From a virus (lineage: Duplodnaviria; Caudoviricetes), in the IMG/VR virus record IMGVR_UViG_3300043391_000337, positions 1 to 45,394 of that record: a stretch of 45,394 nt of DNA. One strand, written 5' to 3'. The notes beneath the pieces were generated by a model. That model was not told the origin of the DNA, searched no databases, and worked only from the letters and a program-made list of their open reading frames with translations. The translations under genes and the position numbers were made by a program. Each line of letters begins with the position of its first letter. Within the stretch, counting starts at the first letter, position 1. Below are positions 37,914 through 45,394 of the stretch, one piece after another.

Positions 37914-38255
37914 ATGGCAGCTATAGCAAATTTAACAATAGACGCAGGTGCAACTTTCTCCAGTGATGTTGATGTTTTAACTGATGATGGCAGTGTATTC
38001 AGTTTAGTAGGATATACGGCTGAAGCAAAAATGACTAAAGGATATTCCGAAACATATCCTAGAGTTTATTTTGATATTACTGTTTATGAAAATGATGGTA
38101 TCGTAAGTATAAGTTTAGATCCTGCTGACACCATTCAACTAGAAGAAGGCCGTTGGGTTTATGATGTTCACATAACAGAAACAGCAACTGGCGATGTAAC
38201 ACGTGTTGTTGAAGGTATGATTACTGTGTTTCCTTCTGTTTCAGGTATAGTTTAA
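37914..38255 (+). CDS. small virion structural protein (BppU-N/Ig-like)
   Basis: ANLTIDAGATF, L.GYTAEA.M, GRWVYDV, TRVVEG.ITV.P. Confidence 0.7.
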   Translation: MAAIANLTIDAGATFSSDVDVLTDDGSVFSLVGYTAEAKMTKGYSETYPRVYFDITVYENDGIVSISLDPADTIQLEEGRWVYDVHITETATGDVTRVVEGMITVFPSVSGIV

Positions 38256-39466
38256 GATTCGTATTTAAATATAGCTTTATTATTGCCAGTTTTAATTTCT
38301 TTAAAACCGTTTTCTATTAAGTACTCACCTATTTTTTTAATATCATACGTAGTAACATCATCAAATATAAAAACACTATCATTCGCTTTTCTAAGCATAA
38401 AAAATTCAACTTCTTCCATAACACTAATTGTATCGTGTGGCCCGTCAAAATGCACCAAATCGTATTCGGTTATTAATTTTTTAACTTCATTATATACAGG
38501 ATAACCATCTCCGTATCTTTTGAAAAATTCTGTATCTTCTAAACAAACAAGATGAAATTCAGGATAATCTTTTGTAAAGTTTAATAGTGCTTCTTTTTTC
38601 ATATCGTTTGTGTAATCACATTTAGTTTGTGGTGCTTCATCTGAATAAGCATAAACAATATTTCCATAAGGGTCAATACCTAAATGATTTAGTTTTACTT
38701 GTGGATGATATTTTCTAAATGAATCTATAATAATCTTACTTCCCATTCCAAGTCTTACGCCAATTTCAACCGTAGCTCCTGTAGGATTTTTTAATAACTT
38801 AACTGCTTCTTCTAAAGATTCATATTCATGGCTATCGCCATTAAATGTTGCAGGTTTTTCCTTATTGATAACATCTGTAATTTTAAATGTATTAGCACCA
38901 ATATGATCACAAAGCACTGTTGTATCAGCGAATATTTTAAATCCTCTAATCTTTGCTTTTCTACAAAAATCTACATCTTCTGATACTGTATTTTTATGAT
39001 CTAAAGCTGAATGGTAAACATATTGAGGATAACCTATAGTTTTAAAAACTTCCGATTTAATTAGAACACAGCCCATACCAGCTGCTTCTATTTCTAAGAA
39101 AGGAACGTTTTTAATATTTTCATAAGGTATATTTGAACAACCACCAAATTGGTTCTTCTCATATATTTCTATAACATGTCTATCGTGGTGTCTTTGTCTA
39201 TATAAACCCGATACCATATCTACATTATGACTTAAAAGTTTTTTAAGAGTATCTGGTGCAAATACAATATCACTATCTACAGAAAACAAATAGTCGTAAT
39301 GAGTTGCCCAATGAGCGATAAGATTTCTTATTTGATCTACTTGATAACCATAAAAAAATTGAAATTGGGTTTTATAGCCCTCAGGAACTTCAAGATTATA
39401 TATTGCTCTCATTGTTTCTGGTTCAATATATTTGTTTGTAGGTATTCCTATTAATATTGTTTTCAT
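38252..39466 (-). CDS. GT2-like glycosyltransferase fused to a class I SAM methyltransferase
   Basis: N-terminal SVDSD (DxD), GMGCVLI, SEDVDFC; C-terminal VEIGVRLG, HFDGPH, FIFDD. Confidence 0.85.
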   Translation of the reverse strand: MKTILIGIPTNKYIEPETMRAIYNLEVPEGYKTQFQFFYGYQVDQIRNLIAHWATHYDYLFSVDSDIVFAPDTLKKLLSHNVDMVSGLYRQRHHDRHVIEIYEKNQFGGCSNIPYENIKNVPFLEIEAAGMGCVLIKSEVFKTIGYPQYVYHSALDHKNTVSEDVDFCRKAKIRGFKIFADTTVLCDHIGANTFKITDVINKEKPATFNGDSHEYESLEEAVKLLKNPTGATVEIGVRLGMGSKIIIDSFRKYHPQVKLNHLGIDPYGNIVYAYSDEAPQTKCDYTNDMKKEALLNFTKDYPEFHLVCLEDTEFFKRYGDGYPVYNEVKKLITEYDLVHFDGPHDTISVMEEVEFFMLRKANDSVFIFDDVTTYDIKKIGEYLIENGFKEIKTGNNKAIFKYES

Positions 39467-41493
39467 TGTGTTAATATCCTATTTGCATTTTTAGTTTGTT
39501 CTGTTGAATTTACTTTATAATCATTTAATGAACTCATATCATTATAATTATAAAATATATCTTGTACTACTTTAATTTTGTTTGGATCTGCTTTTTCTAT
39601 TACTGTATAGAATATAGAACCATCACCACCTGCTTTGTACCAATTTCCTTTTTCATCTTTAAAATTTCCATCATTTACATTATGCAATAGATATGCTTTA
39701 AATGTTCTTAAATGAGTATAAGGCATATTCCAATTAAATTTATATTGTCTATATTTCTTTTCTTTTTTAGTTTCTTGTAAATAATTTTGAGATATCAAAG
39801 GTATTTTATCTACCATTGAATAACATGAACCATAAGTAAATTCAGTTGTACCATCATAAAGATTATTGTAAAAATGAAATATTTGATTGTCGTTTACTAG
39901 AGAATCGTCTCCGTCTAAGAACATTACAATATTGTCCATTTGAGAATATTTAATTATAGCTTCTATTTGATTTCTCACTGCACCTTTATTTTCTGTATTT
40001 TTAATTACGATTACTTTATCACTTTCATATCTTTTAGCAATATCATAAGTATTGTCTGTAGAACAATCATCAATAACAATCATTAAGTAATTATCATAAT
40101 CTTGTGTAATAACAGACTTAATACATGTTTCAATATATTGACTGGCATTATATGCAGGTGTAACTATAATCATTTTTTGTTGAGTGTTTCTAGGTATATA
40201 ATTTTCTTCATAATTTTCAAATCTTCTACCAAACACAGTTTTAACTCTTGCATTAATATAACTTACTTGTTTATATTCTTCTTTTGAAAGGTATGCGCCT
40301 AATTTTTTATAGATATGTTGTTTCCATTGTAATGCAACAGAATCCCAACCTACAATATCTTTTATAATATTACAAGCATACATTTTTTGTTGATGTAGAT
40401 ATCTATCAACATTTGCTCTTAAAACCATATTTACAAATTTATCTTCTTGTTGCTTTTTGTCGATAAATCTAAAAAGACTATTTGGTTCAATTGCATAATC
40501 CATTAAATAGCAGGCCTGTTCAACGGCCGTTTCTTCTAATGCACCAAAACGAGTTGTAATTAAAGGAGTATTGTAAGCAATAGATTCCAACGTTGAAATA
40601 CCAAATGTTTCAGGAAATGCACCAGGAAATAACATGAAACTTGCTTTGGCCATTAATTCTGCTATTTCTGATTGTTTAATAATACCAGTAAACTCTACAT
40701 CTAGTTTTTTATATTTTTCATCAGCAACCAATTCTCTCCATTTTTTTTCTTGTTCATCGGGAGCAGCATTTTCTCTAAATCTATAATATCCACCAATTAC
40801 TTTTAATTTAGCTTGAGGTATATTTTGTTTAATTCTTTCCCACATATTCTCAACCAGAGGCAACATGCCTTTTGTAACAGAAGCATTGTAAACATATAGA
40901 TAAGGATCTTTTTTTCTTATATCTACTTCGTTTTTATAATATATAATACCGTTACGTGTCATAAAAACTTTTTTCTTTAATACTTCAAAGTTTCTTTTTC
41001 TTCCATGATCACAATTTGTAACATAAGACGTATGAAAATCTGAAAGTGTAAATATTTCATCTAAATCACCATGTACCAGCATATCTTCTAATATATGATC
41101 ACCATACATTGAAAATGTATCGTGCATCCACATGGCTTTTAGTTTAGCATTAGCTTTTATTTTAGAATATCTTTGAGGTTTAAAACGTTCAAATTGACTA
41201 TATAACTGTTCGGGTACAAAAGGTATTACTGTTCTGGAAGATATAACAACATCAAAATTAAAATCGTTTTTATAATCTAATATAGTATGATCAATATATT
41301 GAACATTATCAAATATTCCTTCTTTAGATTCTTTATCTATGCAGTTATTAAATACTGTTACTTTGAAATTCTTTTTAGCTAGTTCTTTTGCAAGTAAAAT
41401 AACGGCTGATTCTGATCCACCTAGACCTCTTTTATTTAAGGTATCACCATCATAGGTCAATCCAATAATGTCAATAATCGCTATAGAAATCAT
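39463..41493 (-). CDS. GT4 (GT-B) plus GT2 (GT-A) double glycosyltransferase
   Basis: GLGGSE, ETFGISTLE (EX7E); then VTPAYN, IDDCSTD, FLDGDD; ATGA overlap with the next gene. Confidence 0.9.
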   Translation of the reverse strand: MISIAIIDIIGLTYDGDTLNKRGLGGSESAVILLAKELAKKNFKVTVFNNCIDKESKEGIFDNVQYIDHTILDYKNDFNFDVVISSRTVIPFVPEQLYSQFERFKPQRYSKIKANAKLKAMWMHDTFSMYGDHILEDMLVHGDLDEIFTLSDFHTSYVTNCDHGRKRNFEVLKKKVFMTRNGIIYYKNEVDIRKKDPYLYVYNASVTKGMLPLVENMWERIKQNIPQAKLKVIGGYYRFRENAAPDEQEKKWRELVADEKYKKLDVEFTGIIKQSEIAELMAKASFMLFPGAFPETFGISTLESIAYNTPLITTRFGALEETAVEQACYLMDYAIEPNSLFRFIDKKQQEDKFVNMVLRANVDRYLHQQKMYACNIIKDIVGWDSVALQWKQHIYKKLGAYLSKEEYKQVSYINARVKTVFGRRFENYEENYIPRNTQQKMIIVTPAYNASQYIETCIKSVITQDYDNYLMIVIDDCSTDNTYDIAKRYESDKVIVIKNTENKGAVRNQIEAIIKYSQMDNIVMFLDGDDSLVNDNQIFHFYNNLYDGTTEFTYGSCYSMVDKIPLISQNYLQETKKEKKYRQYKFNWNMPYTHLRTFKAYLLHNVNDGNFKDEKGNWYKAGGDGSIFYTVIEKADPNKIKVVQDIFYNYNDMSSLNDYKVNSTEQTKNANRILTQ

Positions 41494-41521
41494 TTTAAAA
41501 AAATTGTTATAAAGTTATAAT

Positions 41522-41563
41522 TATTTATAAATATACTATAACATAATGTAACTGTATTGTCAA
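41522..41563. promoter_or_regulatory. palindromic bidirectional late promoter plus minus-strand sigma70 promoter
   Basis: TATTTATAAATA at 41522-41533; minus-strand TTGACA (41563-41558)-17 nt-TATAGT (41540-41535). Confidence 0.72.
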
Positions 41564-41590
41564 TCAAATAGAATTAAATGTAAATTATAG

Positions 41591-43243
41591 ATGGCCATAA
41601 TAAAAGGACCCACACAACAAGTAAAAGTAACACTTCCTTCAAGAGCTAGTGGATCAATAGGTTACACAGGATCACAAGGTTATACAGGATCTGGTGGAAC
41701 TGGAAATGGTTACACAGGTTCACAAGGATATTCAGGTAGTTTAGGTTACACAGGTTCACAAGGACAAATAGGTTATACAGGATCTGGTGGAACTGGAAAC
41801 GGCTATACAGGTTCTCAAGGTTCAACAGGATTTACAGGAAGTTTAGGTTACACAGGATCGGCTGGAGTTGGTTATACAGGATCAAAAGGTACTGATGGAA
41901 CAATTGGTAGAGACGGGTACACAGGTTCTTTAGGATTTACCGGTTCAGCAGGAGTTGGTTACACAGGCTCCACAGGCACTGGTTACACAGGTTCACAAGG
42001 TACTATTGGTTATACTGGATCAGCAGGCGCTGCTAATACAGGAAATATTACATTTAACACAAATACAATTTCAGCAACTTCAGGAAATATTATACTTGAT
42101 CCTCCAGGAGCAGGAGTTGTAGATGTTAATACAAGTAGAATTATAAACGTAACAGATCCTTCTTCTGATCAAGATGCTGCTACAAAAGCGTATGTTGATT
42201 CTCAGGTGTCTGCTGTTGGTGATGGTTACACAGGTTCACAAGGTATAGTTGGTTACACAGGATCAAAAGGCGATCAAGGAAATTTAGGATACACAGGATC
42301 GGCTTCAACAGTTGCTGGTTATACAGGATCAGCCGGTGCTGGTTATACAGGTTCACAAGGAAATTTAGGTTATACTGGATCAATAGGTACTCCAGGTTCA
42401 ACAGGTTATTCTGGGTCAGTTGGTTACACAGGTTCAAAAGGCCAATTACAAATCACAACTTCAACAACTCCTCCAGGAAGTCCTGATTACGGAGATATTT
42501 GGATTGATTCTGCTACAGGTATACAATATTTTTATATTACTGATGGAGATTCAAATCAGTGGGTTGAAGATTCAAATGTGGGTGTAAGAGGGCCTATAGG
42601 TTTTACAGGTTCACAAGGAGAATCAGGAATAGCAAATTTAGGAAGAAAATTTAGTTGGTCTGCTCCAGCTGATGGAACACCTACAACAGGTGGAACAACA
42701 ACAGGTACAATAGCAGGTTCTAATGCAACTTTTTCTAACACTTCAATTGGTGTTGTATTAACAGATACAGGCGCAACTCAAAATGGTAGAGTTGTTTGGA
42801 ATTTAACAGATATAGATTTTACTAAAGATTTAAGTTTAGATATTTCTTTTTATCAATCTGGTGCTGACGGCATTTCTTTTGGTATAGGAGGTACAAATGC
42901 TTTTTCAAATTCTCAACCTTATACAGTTACTAATAATAGTTTATCGTTTTGGTATAAAACAAATACAAACAAAACACAATTTTATAAAAATGGTACAGCC
43001 AATGGAAGTGAAACTGATTATATAGCTGGATTGACTTATGAAGATTCTTGGGTTTCATTAAAATTAGTATTAAGGACAATTTCATCTACTCGATATGCTT
43101 TTGTATATCATCAAGGTGTTTTAATAAATTCATTAGATATTACGTCTTGGTCGCCTACAGGAAAATATATATTTGTAGGAGCTTGGTCAGGTGCAGCTGT
43201 AGGATCGCATGCTGTTAATGCTGTTTCTATTGATTATATTTAA
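41591..43243 (+). CDS. collagen-like fibre protein 2 with lectin-like C-terminal domain
   Basis: GYTGS blocks, DAATKAYVD, GDIWIDS module, C-terminal GRVVW...GADGISF resembling the L-type lectin fold. Confidence 0.8.
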   Translation: MAIIKGPTQQVKVTLPSRASGSIGYTGSQGYTGSGGTGNGYTGSQGYSGSLGYTGSQGQIGYTGSGGTGNGYTGSQGSTGFTGSLGYTGSAGVGYTGSKGTDGTIGRDGYTGSLGFTGSAGVGYTGSTGTGYTGSQGTIGYTGSAGAANTGNITFNTNTISATSGNIILDPPGAGVVDVNTSRIINVTDPSSDQDAATKAYVDSQVSAVGDGYTGSQGIVGYTGSKGDQGNLGYTGSASTVAGYTGSAGAGYTGSQGNLGYTGSIGTPGSTGYSGSVGYTGSKGQLQITTSTTPPGSPDYGDIWIDSATGIQYFYITDGDSNQWVEDSNVGVRGPIGFTGSQGESGIANLGRKFSWSAPADGTPTTGGTTTGTIAGSNATFSNTSIGVVLTDTGATQNGRVVWNLTDIDFTKDLSLDISFYQSGADGISFGIGGTNAFSNSQPYTVTNNSLSFWYKTNTNKTQFYKNGTANGSETDYIAGLTYEDSWVSLKLVLRTISSTRYAFVYHQGVLINSLDITSWSPTGKYIFVGAWSGAAVGSHAVNAVSIDYI

Positions 43244-43277
43244 TTAAAAAAAATAATTACATGAAAGATAAAACTTT

Positions 43278-43285
43278 TATAAATA
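43278..43285 (+). promoter_or_regulatory. late promoter
   Basis: TATAAATA before the ATG at 43320. Confidence 0.7.
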
Positions 43286-43319
43286 ATAACAAGAATAACA
43301 AATTAATTAGAGAGAATTA

Positions 43320-45394
43320 ATGCCAGCTATAAATTTCCCTTCAACAGGTTTAACACCAAATGTAACTACATATACATTAGGTAATCGTACTTGGTTATGG
43401 AATGGAAACGCTTGGCAATTACAAACAACTGTAGCAGGTTACACTGGTTCACAAGGTGATATCGGTTACACTGGTTCTCAAGGAACAACAGGTTTTGTTG
43501 GTTCAAAAGGTGATTTAGGATATACAGGTTCACAAGGTATTCAAGGAAATCAAGGTAACGTTGGTTACGTAGGTTCACAAGGTATTCAAGGAAATCAAGG
43601 TAACTTAGGTTACACAGGTTCACAAGGTGATATCGGTTATACAGGTTCATTAGGTTATACTGGTTCACAAGGTATTCAAGGTAACGTTGGTTACGTAGGA
43701 TCTAAAGGTGATATAGGATATTCTGGTTCACAAGGTATTCAAGGAAATTTAGGTTATACAGGATCAAAAGGCGATCAAGGTATTCAAGGTTATTCTGGTT
43801 CACAAGGTATTCAAGGAGATTTAGGTTACACAGGATCAAAAGGTGATATAGGATATTCTGGTTCAAAAGGTGATTTAGGTTATACTGGATCAAAAGGAGA
43901 TACAGGACTTGGATTTAATATTGCAAAAATTTATGCTTCAGTTGCGGCTTTAACAGCAGACACTTCGCCAACAGCAATTGTTGCTGGAGAATTTGCTATC
44001 ATTAACACAAATGATGTTGAGAATGCTGAAGATGGAAGATTATATTTATGGACAGGATCAGCTTACTCTTATGTTTCAGATTTATCAGGTGCTGCCGGCA
44101 TACAAGGTCCTCAAGGTAATGATGGTTATGCAGGATCACAAGGAAATTTAGGTTACACAGGATCAAAAGGTGATATAGGTTATTCTGGCTCAAGAGGTTA
44201 CACAGGTAGCCAAGGTATTCAAGGAGATTTTGGTTACACAGGATCACAAGGTGTAATTGGTTATTCTGGTTCACAAGGTGTAATTGGATTTACAGGATCA
44301 AAAGGTGATCAAGGAAATTTAGGTTACGCAGGTTCACAAGGTATTCAAGGTGTTATAGGTTACACAGGATCACAAGGCGTAATTGGATTTACAGGTTCAC
44401 AAGGTGATCAAGGTATTCAAGGAAATTTAGGTTACACAGGATCAAAAGGTGATCAAGGAAATTTAGGTTACACAGGATCTAAAGGCGATATAGGATATTC
44501 TGGTTCGCAAGGTATTCAAGGAGATTTAGGTTACACAGGATCAAAAGGTGATCAAGGAAATCAAGGTAACGTTGGTTACGTAGGTTCACAAGGTATTCAA
44601 GGTGTAATTGGTTACACAGGATCAAAAGGTGATCAAGGAAATTTAGGTTACACAGGTTCTCAAGGTATTCAAGGAGATTTAGGTTACACAGGATCAAAAG
44701 GCGATATAGGATATTCTGGTTCACAAGGTGTAATTGGTTATACAGGATCAAAAGGTGATATCGGTTACACAGGTTCAAAAGGCGATATTGGTTACACAGG
44801 ATCACAAGGTGATTTAGGTTACACTGGATCTGCCGGTGTTGATGGTGATACATATCACACATTTGCAACAGGTTCATTTACATTAGGAACTTCAGGTAAC
44901 GATTCTGTTACTTTAACTACAACTAATGTTGATTATTCTCCAGGACAAAGTATTATTCTTGCCGCTACTGCAAATCCAGGTTCTTATCAACATGCAATTG
45001 TAGTTTCTTATGTACAAAATACAGGTGTTTTAACATTTAATAAAAATACAAAAACAGGAACAGGAACTTACTCCGCTTGGGAAGTTAATTTAGATGGCGC
45101 TATAGGTATTCAAGGTTTCACAGGATCAAGTGGATACACAGGATCACAAGGTGTAATTGGTTACACAGGATCACAAGGTGATTTTGGTTACACAGGTTCA
45201 CAAGGTGATATCGGTTATTCTGGTTCACAAGGTGTTATAGGTTACACAGGTTCACAAGGTATTCAAGGTGTAATTGGTTACACTGGTTCAAAAGGCGATC
45301 AAGGAAATTTAGGTTACACAGGATCAAAAGGCGATCAAGGAAATCAAGGTAATATAGGTTACACAGGTTCACAAGGTATTCAAGGTGTAATAGG
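43320..45394 (+). CDS. collagen-like fibre protein 3 (partial, runs off the window)
   Basis: MPAINFPSTG...RTWLWNGNAW then long GYTGSQ/GSKGD/GIQG triplet runs with two inserted domains; no stop seen; absent from the ORF track. Confidence 0.88.
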   Translation, partial: MPAINFPSTGLTPNVTTYTLGNRTWLWNGNAWQLQTTVAGYTGSQGDIGYTGSQGTTGFVGSKGDLGYTGSQGIQGNQGNVGYVGSQGIQGNQGNLGYTGSQGDIGYTGSLGYTGSQGIQGNVGYVGSKGDIGYSGSQGIQGNLGYTGSKGDQGIQGYSGSQGIQGDLGYTGSKGDIGYSGSKGDLGYTGSKGDTGLGFNIAKIYASVAALTADTSPTAIVAGEFAIINTNDVENAEDGRLYLWTGSAYSYVSDLSGAAGIQGPQGNDGYAGSQGNLGYTGSKGDIGYSGSRGYTGSQGIQGDFGYTGSQGVIGYSGSQGVIGFTGSKGDQGNLGYAGSQGIQGVIGYTGSQGVIGFTGSQGDQGIQGNLGYTGSKGDQGNLGYTGSKGDIGYSGSQGIQGDLGYTGSKGDQGNQGNVGYVGSQGIQGVIGYTGSKGDQGNLGYTGSQGIQGDLGYTGSKGDIGYSGSQGVIGYTGSKGDIGYTGSKGDIGYTGSQGDLGYTGSAGVDGDTYHTFATGSFTLGTSGNDSVTLTTTNVDYSPGQSIILAATANPGSYQHAIVVSYVQNTGVLTFNKNTKTGTGTYSAWEVNLDGAIGIQGFTGSSGYTGSQGVIGYTGSQGDFGYTGSQGDIGYSGSQGVIGYTGSQGIQGVIGYTGSKGDQGNLGYTGSKGDQGNQGNIGYTGSQGIQGVI

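Noticed and set aside
19783-44877. Many minus-strand Leu/Asn/Cys-rich ORFs (NLCNL...) in the ORF track
   Set aside because: Antisense shadows of the GGTTACACAGGTTC collagen repeats; no RBS, promoter or plausible composition
19530-45394. Diversity-generating retroelement acting on the fibres
   Set aside because: No reverse transcriptase and no TR/VR pair with adenine-specific mismatches seen in the window
1-45394. tRNA/rRNA genes, integrase, transposase, introns or stop-codon reassignment
   Set aside because: No cloverleaf or T-loop motifs in the gaps I inspected, core genes are uninterrupted, and TAA, TAG and TGA all end genes at expected positions

Overview
AT-rich segment of a T4-like (myovirus) phage genome covering gp32 and the tail/baseplate module. 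Recognisable genes include a tape-measure candidate, gp51/gp26, gp54-like, gp2, gp4, gp48, gp53, a hub protein, gp5, PAAR, gp25, gp6, gp7, gp8 and a VrlC-like giant protein. Gene content and low GC resemble marine or freshwater T4-like phages of streamlined Proteobacteria such as SAR11; this host is inferred, not shown. An accessory island of about 8 kb (10.7-18.9 kb) separates gp5 from PAAR. It carries an A-type Fe-S carrier, an AspH-like 2OG oxygenase, a secreted thermonuclease, a sodium:solute symporter, split and intact signal-less TRAP DctP-like proteins, and many unannotated transmembrane microproteins. Three Gly-Tyr-Thr/Gly-Ser-X collagen-like fibre genes sit beside a sedolisin (S53) protease and two fused glycosyltransferase genes. 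Two promoter classes are visible: sigma70-like TTGACA-N17-TATAWT and T4-late TATAAATA. Best leads: (1) a canonical -1 slippery site joining gp26 to a start-less gp51 frame, resembling lambda G/GT; (2) a dense GGCC-site island over gp5 built largely from synonymous codon choices; (3) a translationally coupled array of four 22-31 aa membrane peptides; (4) a possible glycosylated-collagen fibre system with its own protease. No tRNA, rRNA or CRISPR array was seen. All family assignments come from motif recognition by eye, not database searches.
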